64,000 nucleotides of DNA, taken from contig OZ316896.1 of the NCBI GenBank assembly GCA_973895155.1, positions 9,807,525-9,871,524 of the forward strand, in the 5' to 3' direction. Position 1 is the stretch's first letter, and every line of letters starts with the position of its first letter. Positions 12,901 through 26,700 of this stretch are shown here, one piece after another. Position numbers and translations under genes: made by a program. The notes beneath the pieces were generated by a model. That model saw nothing but the letters and a program-made list of their open reading frames with translations, made no database searches and was not told the origin of the DNA. The stretch is from Marsupella aquatica. Taxonomy: Eukaryota > Plantae > Marchantiophyta.

Positions 12901-15481
12901 GAAAACAGAACCAAAGGATCCAGTAGTACGGAGTAACAATAGCTCCACTTCTAATTCCCAGCACGATTCATTCGCTTTGAGAGATGTGGAGATGCGAAAG
13001 CGCTGCTGTTGAACCAATTGGCCTTAATATTTCCGATAGATCTTCAAGCGAGATATATCATCAGCGCAAGAAAGCTGGAATTTCTTGAGAAAATTGGGAG
13101 GAACCTTAACGTTTGGACGAACTGTTCTTATTTGTCATGTGGCATTCTACTGACAAACTAGACGCCAGTAGAAGCTTTCTCTGGACAGCAACTAATTAAT
13201 GCTCAGTTACATGACTTTCACGTGTCTGATCGAAGGTCAAGGTGTCATGATCATTGAGCTCGGGCTTCTGACATGTATGGGACGAAGGCTCCGGCTTGCT
13301 TCGGTAGCTACTGTCCATTGGCTTGCCTAAGAAGAGGTGGCCACCTCGTGGATCTATGCCTCACGGAGGAGTTTAGGACTGATCTCTCACCCACACAAGA
13401 TATGCATTTAGTGAGCAGTCGGATCTTTGTCAGAAGTTTTGGCAAGTTCCAACCAGAGCTTGCAAGAAGGACAAGTCAGGAAAAATAAGGTCATGTAAGA
13501 AAATAGTTCAAATGTGCATGAAATTGAACCCCTCCATGAGTCCAAATGCAACCTATTGCCAAGCAGCTGGCTACCTGGTACACATCTGTGTAATTGTGTA
13601 TGCAGGTATGTGAGGAAGAGGTGGTGATAAGTACAGGTATATATATCGGGGGAACACTGTCCATCAAGTGTATTTCTGTGGCGGGACAATAGGGCGTTTC
13701 ATTGACAATTTGATGGACCTTAACCCCCTAGTTACAGGTTACCCACACACAAAATGAAATGACGGACTACAAAATTCCTAGTCCATAACTTTTTGCGGGA
13801 AGGATTGGTTCGTATACCATTACAGTCAGTCACTCTAGAGGCGAGTGGAAGAAAACACAAATTTTTTTCCAGAACCTTGTAAAAAAATTAGGACTATTTT
13901 TTTGATGCTGAATATCATCATCCTTAATTTTGAAGCTGTGAGACGCTCTAATAGTGGGCCAGCCCACAGTGTCTTGGGAGGCACTGGCCAGTCAACCCTC
14001 AGGAGTGCTCCTCACAACACACTTCTGTCAGCATGTGGCAAATGTTTCAATTTGCTTTTCAAAACTTGCTTTTGGTAGCATAAGTAATCTCAATGCAGGG
14101 CAGGAGCTTGCTAATGCTAGCCGATAAAGATCCCTAAGCTGCCTTCCTTTGACAATTAGCTCACTTGAATGGCATCTTCTTCCTCTTTTTCCAATCTAAC
14201 CCATGTTCTTATTACATTCCAGCCATCAGGGCCGTCAGTAAGGGTGAAGCTGATGATTAATTTTTAGGTCTGTAGAGCAGACCCATTGGAAGACCCAAAT
14301 AATAGAATAAGTTCAAGTATCTTCAACTTGCTGAAATCAAATATTGGTGCAGATCACTGCAAATTTGAGAAATAGAATATGATGCAATTGTAAATGACCG
14401 CCACTTTTGAAGTTTCAAAAATAAATATGATACAATTGTAAATGACCGCCACGTTTGATGGTGGTAGCCTTACAATAGTGAAAAAGCTTTGTTCATGGTA
14501 CAAAGCGATCCGAACCAGATTTGAAAGGATCATTCAGACATGGCACTTTATGGCCCATAATTGCAATGCCAGAAAGCTCGTTTGAAAGCTGTATTGTGTG
14601 AAAGCGCGAGGCAAAGTACAATTTTGAGACTCGATCGACTTGTACGTGGCAATGCGCGACGAAGTTGAGAAGCTTGTATCCTGATTACTGATTACTGATT
14701 CGACATCTGACCTGGTTGTTGTCTTTCTGTTCAATATAAAGGAGAGCAAGCAATCAGCACATGTACATACAGTTGCAAAACTCATTTCAGGCTGAGCTCG
14801 CGGAGCAATATCCGTATCGGTACAGCACTACTGTAATAAACTGCATGAGAAGGTTGCGTTTTTGGGATGAGATACGAGGCTTGGGGGTGGAGTAGGCTTA
14901 GTATCCCGCATAGCATCTGGTGGGTCCATTCTTCTCCAATGAGTGACTATCTCACGCTCGAACCATCACGATGAATATGTAGTTCTGAGTTCATTGTCTT
15001 GTACCAGGATGTCCGATTCCACTTCCTGAATTACACAAGGGAGACATTGATTCTCACGTTCTGTTGCTCGAGCTTCCACTCCTGGCCGGGACAAATCAAT
15101 CGATCCTGTCTTGTGGAAGTACAGCAAAATTCGTCTTTGCTAACATGCAAGGCGGATACAGAAGCTAGATCGATCAAGATTGGTCGAGTTTCTCGATAAT
15201 ATCCTAGCCCAACATGTTCCAGCTCAATATGGTTGCCGAATCGATTCCAGAGCGATTGCAAATTGTGAAGTGTGTAAATTATTTAACCTTTGAATTTTCT
15301 TGTTTGGCGAGCTGGAGAGCATAACACAGTCACTGATTCTAAGCATTAACCCTAGGACTTCAGCATACTTGAAGATATATTGCCAGGCAGAATGATCTCC
15401 AGGAAATTGTTTTCATTGAGGAAGGTCTTTTCCGGATCGTGCAGTCTTATGTATGGGTTTTCTTCGCCACCGGCCACGAAG

Positions 15482-18400
15482 ATGAGACCAGCGGTCTTAG
15501 TACTCTTTCTTGGGCTTGTGGGTCCCTTGCTACTTTGCCCAGGAGCGTGGACTCAGCCTAGTGGGGGTGGGGGTAAATTTGCGACCAGCTTGTGTGATGA
15601 ACTAATCAGGCCTAACGGCTACAGCTGCATTGAAAATAGAGTAAGTAGCTTGGACCCTGAGCTGATGAAATCGAACGTCATAATAGAGGGCACTTGATTT
15701 GTTGATTACGGAGCAAACAACTTCATGTGCAATCCGTGCAGACATTGCGTAAATTAGTCCTGTACTTAGAAACATGTTCTTCCATTTGTACGACAGTACG
15801 TTATGTCGCACTAGACCGAGTACTAGACGACTGTGTCCGACTCCGAAATCGTCGATCGGTGCCAAATTGTGTCAAGTAATAATCATGGTTGAATGATACA
15901 TTTAAATTTCTAAACTTGTTTGTTTGCAGGCAGTGACCGACGACGGGTTTATCTTGGGCCTTCAGAACATTCCCGCTCCCCAAGGACAGACGCAGCCATC
16001 TGGTGGCCCTCCTGTACTTCTTATGCACGGACTCATTGCTGTAAGTGAATGAAGGGTTTACTCTCTTTTAGTTAACAATTTGTTGTGGTACAGTTGTTAG
16101 ACCGGAGATTTGTTCCCTCGATCGGCAATTGTTTACGTACAGATTGTCTCCGATTGCTGCATTATTCAGCACCCAGATTGCCTCATGTAGTAATTATTGC
16201 ATTCTGGAGCTTCCTCTCAGTTCTTGTGCTTGAGACGTCTCTTCTGAATGTAGATGGCCCAGTGCCTTAATCAAAAGAGCTGACATCAGCGAACCGTTTT
16301 TTGGTGCCTTGAATCAATGTTTATCCAGGCCGGGGACACTTTCGCCTTGAACCCACCGCAAGAATCTTTGGCATTCGTCTTAGCTGACGCTGGCTTCGAT
16401 GTTTGGATTTTAAACAGCAGAGCTGTGCAGTGGAGCCATGGTCATCAGAACCTCTCTTCATCTGACGACGTAAGTGAGAAGAGAAACGTAACTGATGAAT
16501 GCCAACTTCTTATCTGCTGCATGATGGGTCTTTGCTGAACTTTTGGATGAAACTCCTTCTACAATTTTCTCGATCGTTCGGTCCTTGCATGACGGAAGGC
16601 ATGAGACAAGGGAACTTTGAAAGTAACGATGACATGAGATTTTGTGTTGCTTTTGAGCAGAAGTATTGGGACTGGACGTATGACGAACTAGCATGTTATG
16701 ACTTGAAAGCTATGACTGAGTATGTCTACATCCAAACAAACGGGAGAAAATTGAATTATATCGGCCACTCTCAGGTACAAATCTTCATTAATTTCCGGGC
16801 AAGTATATTAATTTATGGAGTGATAGGGCTTCAACGAACGACAGAAAAACGTGTTCAACTTGGTGGTCACTTACAGCTAGAACCTTCTTCAAATTTTTTG
16901 ATTCGTCAACTTTGCAATGCACAAATTTTCAAGTCAGAGTAAAGAAGGGGACAAAGCAATGCATGAAGGAAGCCTGACTGTTTCAAATACTTGGAATGGC
17001 AAATTAGAAGGTATCAACAAGCCAGCTCCTAGAGTATTTCTCACTCGCTCTACAATATCGGCTTCAAACTTGACTTGTCAAACTGGAAGTAGCTCCTTTA
17101 GAACTCAATAATCCTTATCTCCGTGCAACGAATACTGAAAGGTGTTGTTCACTATTGGCAAATACGATCAGGGAACCTTGATGCTCTTTGCTGGTCTTAC
17201 TGGCGGCAGATTCAAGACAGAGATTCTGAGATATTTGAATGCAGCCGTGATGCTGGCTCCAGTCGCATATGTCTCCCACCTTACGGTCCCAATTCTCAAA
17301 GCAGGACTCACGATCTACGCTGACGAGGTACTATTCTTAAAACCCCCCTCACCGGTTGATTAAACCCCTCACATTGTACAAAGGTTTCAATGATTGGTCA
17401 AAAACCATCGAGTAGCATATAAGTTTCCCTCTTGCCCTTCGCTAGTTTGATCTTTCACTTCTTTCCTGTTAGTTGTCTTTGTTTCGTGATTTTGAGGACA
17501 ATACCAACATTAAAAAACCTCAACTCTCGTTTGTCACTGGTTTCTGAATTCGTTAACCTATTCTCGATAAATTAACATAATTATTCAAGCATGACTGCAA
17601 ATGTCGTGATTGTTTTGTTTGGGGTGTTGTAGATTTTCACTGTTATTGGCAACGGAGAATTTGATATTAACATGTAAGTTATTTAAGGTGAATTTATAAG
17701 GAAATCAAAGTCAGATTCCAATTCCGCAGATTGCTGTATGTGGTATGCTAATTAATCATGTCGAAAGTAGCTAAGATATCATCATCGTAGTAAGATAACA
17801 ACTTGAACAACTTTTTTGTGTCCGGCCTACGAATCCAATCCCTTTCTGTTTGCTAATTGACCATAATCGTCATCGGTTTTGCAGATTTTTCAATATAACA
17901 TGCACAAGTCTTTGGCTAACGTCTCCAGCCTGTACTGATATCTATAATGGCCTTCTAGGTAACTGGCATTGTTGCTCCTTTACCCCTTGATACTAGGCAC
18001 AATGGAATGAGGTTACTTAATGATGTATCCCGTTTAATTGGAGATTTCGTGATGAGTATCGGTCCCTTGTGTGATTAGATCAACGATTCCGTGTTTGATG
18101 CGTGGTACTGTAGGTCAAGACAACTATATCAATCAATCCCGTATTGGGTTCTACAGCCAATACTTCCCACAAGCAACTTCATCATTCAACGCCAACCATT
18201 TCGGCCAAAGTGAGTCGTGTACTAATGTAAACATGGCCTTTGGATATTCACTAGAAAGGATTTGCCTTGATATAGGGTTGTAGGACTTTTCGGTTGCAAC
18301 CGCTAAGCAAATGATCACATTTTGAAGGCTTTTCGGTCAGGTTTTGAGACCTAGCGAAATGCTAATCCCTGGCATGTCTGTGGAGCTTAAGGGAAACGGG

Positions 18401-18858
18401 GGACAGCGGAATTGCAAGATTTCTGAGAAAGAGGGAGTAGGAGAAAGAGACTGCAATTTTTCTCTTCTCTGCTCTTGCTGATATTCTAAACAGCTATTAT
18501 AATTTGAAAAAACCAGTGTGCGGGGATGATCACCATTCTAATTTTGGGAAGTATGTGATGTATTGCAGGTTTAAGAACGGAGACCTTCCAATTATACTCC
18601 AGAGGTCCCCTTGACGACCCTCCCAAATATGATTTGACAACTTTTCCTACGAGCCTTCCTCTTCAACTCTGGAATGGTGGCGTGGACGGATTGGCTGACC
18701 CAACTGATGTGAATGCACTCTTAGCAGAGCTGCCAAGCTCCAATAGAATAGTCAATACTCTACCAGATTATGGGCATGCAGATTTCCTGTTAGGGGTTAG
18801 AGCTTACATAGATATTTACCCCGGCATCATTACTTTCCTCCGAAGTCATACATCGTAG
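15482..18858 (+). CDS. Triacylglycerol/acid lipase, copy 1 (LIP1/LIP2-like alpha/beta-hydrolase), 9 exons, 393 aa, signal peptide
   Basis: Exons 15482-15640, 15930-16040, 16329-16469, 16661-16774, 17172-17327, 17633-17673, 17885-17958, 18114-18209, 18569-18858; all introns GT-AG; 1182 nt in frame. Motifs TDDGFIL, PVLLMHGL, LADAGFDVW, YWDWTYDELA.YDL, GHSQG (catalytic Ser), DGLAD (Asp), YGHADF (His). Confidence 0.95.
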
Positions 18859-20281
18859 TTGGCCGAATATTGTACATATATAATAGACCCTATAAACTCT
18901 CCCAAAGCGTGATTCTGCGAAATATTAATTTGAAGTTGCGCCAGAGAGATACAATCCGATTTAGAGCACAACTATCCAAAAAAATAATTGCATATATTCG
19001 AGGTTTCCTAATTCGTTAGAACTCAATACAACCTGTCAAAACGAATGTTTACTTCAAAAGTAGTTCTATACATTCAAGTGAAACTGTCTGGTGGTGTATT
19101 GCTCTTGTCCACGAAGTGCCCATTTATATCTAAAGCATGTGAGAAAGTATAGAGGATGGACCGTGGATCTAGCACATCCTCGTGTAATGTCAAGATAAAG
19201 TTCGAGATGAATCAATGGCATTCACAGGATTCAATGCAATCGGTACTCCAAACGCACGTATATGATCCACGCTGATTAACTTTGCCAGCGGGATTCTTCA
19301 CTTTTCTCCGAAGTTGATTGCATCCTTGGACGATCTTGGCTTTCAAGTCAGCTACGGTTTTGAATTGGTAAGTCGAGAGAAGCGCCGGGGGGTGGGGGAG
19401 CGCTATTTCCATGTGAAGCTGGTACGATCTCAGTAGGATCAATGTCAAATCAACCTGTGCGAATGAGATAAAGGAATTAAATAAGGGATAAGGCTTGTGA
19501 TCCCGCTTGTGAGATGAAAACCATCCACTAGAATCGACAATTGAAGGGTAAAGGTTTTTGAGTCCAAATGGCATTCAAAGGGAATTGAAGCGGTAAAGCT
19601 AGACGTGGGACCATGTACCTATGAACAATCGACCTGTCCGAATGATAAAAGGGAATGGAAGGGTAAACCTGGTTGAATCAATTCTTCCCTGAGAATCGAC
19701 GTACGTGAGCGAATGAGAAAAGGGAATTCAAGGCGTACGTAACTCGTCTAGTGAGATCCATGCATGAATCCAATCATGAGAAATCCTGTCTGAACGAGAA
19801 AAGGAAATAGAAGGGATAAAGCTAAAGTGTATCCATGAGATATACGGGGGTATTAATAAACGACGTGCGATTGATCAACACTCCTGAACAATATACTGTC
19901 ACTCTTCTACACTATTCTTGATGGGACAACAGAATCAAAGGATCCAATAGGATGGTGTAATAGTACAATAGCTTTACCCCCACCTCCCAACACAATTCAT
20001 CCCCGTTCCGAGATGTGGAGATGCGAAGCACTGCTGTTTGGGCAAGTTGGCCGTTAAATGTCCACTAGATCTAGCTTCAAGCGAGATATATCCTCAGCGC
20101 AAGAAATCTGGAATAGGGTTTAGGGGTGTAGGGTTTAGACAAACTGTCTTTCGATCTTATTTGTCGTCTAGTATTTTTCATGAAGAAGTTTGAAGGCATT
20201 TATAATAAGCCACAATGAAATGAATTGTTAAAAGGTCCAGGTTCATCACTACTGTCCTGATGAAAGAAGTCAGGAAGTACA

Positions 20282-20385
20282 GCAACATTCAATTCAGGGA
20301 GTGCATTCAATACACGGCTGTGGGACCCGCTGCAACATTCAATTCAGGGAGTACATTCAATACACGGCTGTGGGACCCGCTGCTG
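20282..20385. repeat. 50-bp tandem duplication just left of the hAT insertion
   Basis: GCAACATTCAATTCAGGGAGTRCATTCAATACACGGCTGTGGGACCCGCT x2. Confidence 0.9.
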
Positions 20386-21474
20386 TCCCTGCCCGTCTGC
20401 CACTGACTATGGAGATGGAAGCAGGGTTTTTTTTAGTGGCGAATTTTCGCTAGATTCCACCTCCTCCAGAAACCTTCGCCACATTTGGCGAACTTTCGCT
20501 ACATTTTCAGGGCTTTACTCGCCAGTATTCCACCACCTTCGGTCCTGGAGTAGCCAGCCGTCTGGCAGGTGGCAGTCCTGCATTAGCCACCTGCTTTTGC
20601 CCTAAGCACGAGGTCATCAGCCGCCAGCTCGCATTCTCCTTAGGCAAATCGCCACCCTTCCTACACTGGACGAGACGCTCTTCGCCATAGATGCTTCTCC
20701 TGATCTCATGTGCTTAGCAAAAAGCACGAGATCAGGGCACAATCAGCTGTGGCCCTGGAGGAACTCACCGTGTCGCACTCGGGGTCGCACTCTCAGCTTT
20801 CATTCCTCCCATTCCACTCGCCGTGCCGACAGGGAACTTGGCTTCAATGTCTTCGTTTTTTAGCTGGAAATGGCAGCCGAATGTTGTGTTTTTTTGTGCT
20901 GTCGTCTTTATGAGGTTTTTGGGAGGGTTAAGCAATTTGATGAGGGCGAGTTGGGGGCTGGCTGCGGGGCTACGATTCCACGAATGTTCTGGTCTTTAGG
21001 CCGAGCGGGAGATTGAGCTATGGTGCATTGTGAGATCAAGCGGGAATTTCAATTTGAAGAAGCGCCACTTACGTCAACACTCAACAACATTTCATGGACT
21101 CGATGGCCTACAAATATCTCAGGGGGTTTTCCTTTCCTTTATGTCATCAGTGTTTGTTTCCAGTTGAGCTTCCGTGGATCCTGCGAAGTGCGAAGTAGTC
21201 TTTGTTGAATTCTTCGTTCAGACTGAACTCGGTCTTTGCATCCTTATTTGTTGCGTGGTTGGCACTTGGCAGTATGTTGTTCTTGCATTGAGTCCTTGTG
21301 GCCACAGTTCATATTCTCTGTTCTGGTTCTTCGTTTTGACCAAAGCAACATCTCGTTGCTGCATTCGATCGAAGCATTGTTATCTAGTGTTGCTTGGTTG
21401 GCAGCATCTTGTTGCTCCATTCAGTCCTCGTTGCCATAGTCTGTTGTAGATTGCAGCAACATCAGCATAGGATC

Positions 21475-23948
21475 ATGGCAATGACGAAGGCAAAATTGAA
21501 GGCAGCAGCGCGTGCCTCAGGGCTGCCAAACAACCTCATGGTGAAGTATTTTTTGAGTAATCGTTTGAAGCCTTGCAATCCTAATGGCTCCCCTGTCTTT
21601 CATGGCTCTGGGTCATCGTCTCCAGGTGCTTCTCCTACTGAGAATGAGATTCTCAGTAGCGGGGCAGAGGGTGTAGACACCGATGTTGTGAATGTTGAGA
21701 ATGTCAACGCTAAAGAGGTCAGTAAGAAGAGAAAGCGCAGCTACGAGATGAAGCGTCACTTCCAACCTGGATGGGCAGCTGTTCATCCCTGGGCAGTCGC
21801 AGCTACGGTGGATGCAGAAGGGGTGGTCACCCAAGTGCGGTGCACAATCTGCACTAAGATTGAGGAGAGGGAGAAGTTATATGTTCCAAAGATCGATGGG
21901 CTTTGGAAACATGCTGGCATGAGGCGTGCTGAGAAGGACATGGTAATCCGTGGCAGGAAGTATGCGAAGGGCACTTTCTACTTTTACGGCACCACTCAAC
22001 ATGAAAAGAATGAGAAGCTGTTGTTGCGGCTGCCACAAGATCCCATCCATCGGCAGATTCAAGATGCAGTGAGTCTTGAACGAAAGAGGAAACTTGTCCA
22101 GTTTACTGTTCTTTTCAGTCTGCTTACGTTGGGACGTCCCATGACTGACTATGAAGCCATGTTGAAGTTGTTACAACATTTGAGAGTTCCAGAGACACCG
22201 ACCACACATTGGAGCATGAGTTCAGGCTGGGGCATGGCAGAGAGCATTTTCCACATCATTCGGTTGAAGACTCGAGAGTGGTGCTTTGGAGCCCGCTACA
22301 TCTCAATGTCTGCCAATGAGGTAACTGCCATTAATAACACTACGTGGATAAGCATTCATGTTTATGTCATGAGAGGGTGGGAACGAATCCCGTTTTTGCT
22401 TTCCTTGCAAAAGTTGACGAATGGGGCTGATGCTGCAAACTTGACTGTTGCTGTTGTGGAGTCCTTGACTGGAGATTGCGGGAATCTTGGGTGGAAAGAA
22501 GTAGCTTCAAAGCTCGTGAGCTTTGGAGCAGATGGAGCTGCGGTTTTCCAAGGGCATCGAACGGGGGTTTTGGCTCACATACAGAAACACCATGCTCCGT
22601 TCATGTCCGGCTTACATTGTTGCGCCCACAGGACTAGTTACATCTGTGTAGAGAAATTGGACTCCTTGCAAGTTGTACAGAAGATTGAGGCCCTTGTGTC
22701 CAGCCTGCATTCATATTTTGCTCACAGCCCGAAATGACAACTGAGTTTCAACGGCTAGCTATTGAGCTGGAGACTGAGGGCCGGAAGATTGAAAGAAACA
22801 CCAAGACTCGATGGATTTCCCTCCTACAACCCTTGCAGAGTGTTCTGCGTGAGTACAAGACACTTGTTGTACAAATGTCTACAGATGGGGCCACACTTGC
22901 AAGTGCGAGGTCCAATGCGAAGCTATTACTGGACCTAGAGACATTCATATCCTTGCCATGTATATTGCCTTTGTTAAAATCTGTGCATGACCTCATTCTG
23001 TTTGCCCAATCCAGGGATGTCATGATCCAGGATTTCATTAGTGCTGTAAAGGTACATCAGGCAGAATTGCATTGTTACTACGTGGATTTGCAAACCTCTT
23101 TTAGACCCGGGGCATTTCATTCGTTTCAAGAGATTGTAGCTGGTCGATCTCATACTGTCAGCCATGAGTGGATGACTGATCTGGAGACTGGCGTGGAGTA
23201 TCTCTCGTTTCGGATTGGTGACCACACCTATCCGACCCATTGGTTTGATGAGATTCTGGGGCATGACTTACCTGTTACACGACATGCATTTGACCACGTT
23301 GTTTATACTGTGAAGAATCAGTGTAAGGAAGCAACTTCAAAATTGATTAAGCTGTTTGACACATGGTTTCCTAACGTTGACCTGTTGAACGCTTTGGGCA
23401 TAGTCCATCCGCAGTATTGGGAGAGAGACGATGCAGAGGAGAATTTTGGCTGGTACCTTCAAGTGATCAAGAGCAACTTCTGTGAACAAAAGTCCATTTC
23501 CCATGAAGGTGAATCAGGTGAGGATAGTGCTGTCATCAAACCTATTCTCGATTACAACTTGCTGCGAGACGAACAAAGTTTTTTCAAGCTAACCATGGAG
23601 GCAAATGCTGCCAAGGTAATGGGAGAGCAAGAGTTTACCCCTGACATCAAAAACCCCATGACACGACTATGGAAGAGATTGGGGGCGAATCCTTTGATTC
23701 GGGCAAAGATGGGGGAGTGGTTTAAGCTTGTAGAAATCGCTGTGGTCATGATGACAGGTTCAGTGGAGGATGAACGGATTTTCTCCACTACGTCATTTGT
23801 GAAGAGTAAGCTTAGGAACAGATTGGGGAGTCATTTGGATTGCACGGTGAGGATGTTCACTCAGAAATTTTTCTCTCTAGATGATTTCCCATTCCAGGAT
23901 GCCATTACACACTGGCTAGAGGAAGAAAGGCGTGGAGTGGTTGGTTAG
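21475..23948 (+). pseudogene. hAT transposase (ZNF862/C17orf113-like), inactivated
   Basis: N-terminal CTIC...H zinc motif, FGADGAAVFQG, HCCAHR, TRW, C-terminal hATC GSVEDERIFS...KSKLRNRL. Frameshift at about 22735 (SPK/TTEF). First catalytic motif reads SANEVT where DE is expected. Confidence 0.9.
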
Positions 23949-24421
23949 ATTGAAATGAATGTCTTTGCAATGTAGCCGGGTACAATTAGAAGATGTGTGT
24001 GTTTCTTGTGATGGATGTATTAGTGGGGATTAGATTTAGATAGGCTAGGGGGGTAGGGGGACTTCGGCTTCTGGGAAGGACTGTGGGTACACAGTCAGGG
24101 GTCCAATTCCCCTCCGTAGTACTTGTGGCCTTGTGCAGACAATTAAGCAGCAGTACGAAGGAAGTCGATGGCGTATGAACTATGAAGTCCCACTTGTGGT
24201 GAGGCAGACAGGATCAGGTACCACTTAACATGAGTGAGATTTTGGTGATTTGGGCGCGAGACATTCAAGCTTGACGTGTTTTCTTGTACTTCCCAACAGA
24301 ATATAAAGTGTTGCGGGCTTGCGGCTCCTTGATCATCTTATTACCTTGTAAGCTTACTCTATGTGTACAGGGAATCAGGGAAGCAGCCAGTTTGAGACCT
24401 TAGTGAGCAGTTTAGTAAGCA

Positions 24422-24745
24422 ATGGCCAGGCCGAAGGTGTGCAGGAGCAGGCGACGACAGCCAAGCCCCGAGGTCACAACGATTGCTCCAGATATGGCAG
24501 ACAAGAACCTTCAGCTAGAAGTCGCCACCAAGGAGGAGCCACAAGAAGTGGTCCGTGAAGAGCCCCAACAACAGACTCCTTGGAGTTGGGTACTTCCACA
24601 ACTGAAGGCCAAGAAGAAGTTCTGCGCTACTGCAGAGATGATGCAAGATAGGAGAATGAGCTTAGACCAGGAGGCGAAGGAGAAATGGCCCGAACTTTGG
24701 AAGGCTGCGCAGGCCTTCAAACAGTCCAAGGACCCCAAGCATTAG
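24422..24745 (+). CDS. Possible small accessory ORF (107 aa) inside the hAT element
   Basis: ATG-initiated, basic N-terminus, charged C-terminus, upstream ATATAAAG (24301), downstream AATAAA (24922). No recognised family. Confidence 0.35.
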   Translation: MARPKVCRSRRRQPSPEVTTIAPDMADKNLQLEVATKEEPQEVVREEPQQQTPWSWVLPQLKAKKKFCATAEMMQDRRMSLDQEAKEKWPELWKAAQAFKQSKDPKH

Positions 24746-26700
24746 GCCCATGGAATTGACGGATTGGAGGAGACTGTGTGTAGAGTGTAGACCTTACAGC
24801 TTTAGAGCTTTAGAGCTTATAGAGCATGAAGTAGATGACACTTTGAGGGCTCAACAATTCAGCATATAAGAGCACATTTTGTCACGGGAGCACATCTATG
24901 TTTATACAGGCCAATTTGGTCAATAAATCTATGCATTTCTCACACTTTGAGGTTTTATGAAGGATTTTGGCTTTCATTGGTGATGCTGTTTGTGTATGAT
25001 TGTGGGATGTGTGTATTTGTGTTCATGTGCTGCGCTCGACAATTCCTAATTTGCCATCTCCCACACCAGTGCCCGTCTTGCATTAGCCACTTCGTCGACT
25101 GCGCTGAAACCTCATTCGCCATCTCCCACTGCGCTCGGCAATTTGGATTCGCCAGTGACTGTGACTGTGGTTAACCACATTCGCCAGTAATCCACCACTT
25201 CGCTAATGTGGTTCACCACTAAAAACTATGGTCGGCCGCTCCCAGTAGCCACCTCCCCCACCTGAACACTTGGGGAGTTGGCCAGTCTGGCGAAAATTCA
25301 AAATCCTTAAAAAAATCCCTGGATGGAAGCCCTAAACCCTCAACCTCTCTCTGCCGGGCCCCTCACAATCCCTGAGCTGCTGCATGCCTTTGGAACTTCA
25401 CTCTCTGGGCATCTTCGTTCTCTCGTTTCAATCTCAACGTTGTTCTTACGAACTGTTTCCAGAGAGTACAATTAAAGCACAAGAATCTTCAACTTACTCG
25501 AATGAATAGTGGCGCACACCTACTTCTGAATCCTCCGTGCAAATTCAAAAATAAACTAGAGTATGATATAACTGCATCTGACAGTCAGAGTACACTTTTC
25601 ACCGCTCGTTTGAGTGTACAAAGGCTGAGTGAAACATATCTCTATTCATGATAGGACGCACTGGATCGGAACCAGAATTTAAAAGGATTATTCAGACTTA
25701 GCACGTTATGGCCCATAAATGCAATGCGTGCTCGACCTGTGAAAGCTGCATCGCAGCGTGCCTCACCAAGTCAAGTACAACTTAGAATCAATTCACTTGT
25801 ACGTGGCGATGCGCAGTCAGGACGAGACACTCACATCCTGACTACCCATTCGACGTCCGACCTGGTTGTTATTTGTGCGTTCAGTATAAAGGAGAGCTAG
25901 CAACCAGCACGGTTGTAAAACTCATGTCAGGCTCAGCTCGCGGAGCAAAACTGGATTGGTACAGCACCAATGTAATAATCTAGATCGATGAGATTTGCGA
26001 TTTGGGACGACATTGGAGGCTTGTCGTTCCAAGGGTTCTGCTTAGCATCGCGCTCAGCGTCGGGTAGGTCAAGGCTGCTCCAATGAGTGACTATCTCACG
26101 CTAGAACCATCACGATGAATGCACCTCACTCGGGACCTCAGTATATATGATGTACGTCTGTGTCCATTGCTTTGACACACGACGCTCGATTTCATTTCCT
26201 GAATTGCACAAGGGAGACACTGTCATGCACCGTCGCTCGTGCTACCACTCCTGTCCGGGACAAACCAATTCATCGTGTCGTGTGGAAGTATAGCAAGATG
26301 GTCTATGATAACAATGCAGGTCCAGAAGCTAGCTCTCCCCTTGACCGAGCTTCTGGATAATACGCTATATACACCCCAACCCGTTCCAGCTGAATACGAT
26401 ATGGTCGCCCAATCGATTTCAGAGAAATGCGTAAATTATTTAGCGCTTTTGCTTGCTTGTTTGTCGAGCTGCAACACAGTCAATGAGATTCTAAGCATGT
26501 ACCTGTCGACATCAGCAGACTTGAAGTTATATTGCCAGGCCAAACAGAGTGAGCTCAGGAAATTGTTTTTGATTGATTAAAGTCTTTCGCAAATCTGTGC
26601 AGTTTTATATATGGGCGTCGGCTTGTTGTCGTAACTCCTGGCCGGGTTTGCATCTTTTGATTGGCGGTTACAGACGATTTCTTCGCCACCGGCTACGAAA

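Larger units (their letters stand above)
20422..25321 (+). mobile_element. Full-length hAT DNA transposon (4.9 kb)
   Basis: Imperfect TIRs CAGGGTTTTTTTTAG..GAATTTTCGC / GCGAAAATTC..TTAAAAAAATCCCTG; perfect 8-bp TSD GATGGAAG (20414-20421, 25322-25329); subterminal TTCGCC-like motifs at both ends. Confidence 0.95.

Noticed and set aside
20114-20138. TAGGGTTTAGGGGTGTAGGGTTTAG as a telomere
   Set aside because: Only about three degenerate units; an interstitial telo-box-like motif.
22734-22737. ATGA overlap suggesting translationally coupled or operon-like genes
   Set aside because: The two ORFs are halves of one hAT transposase broken by a frameshift.
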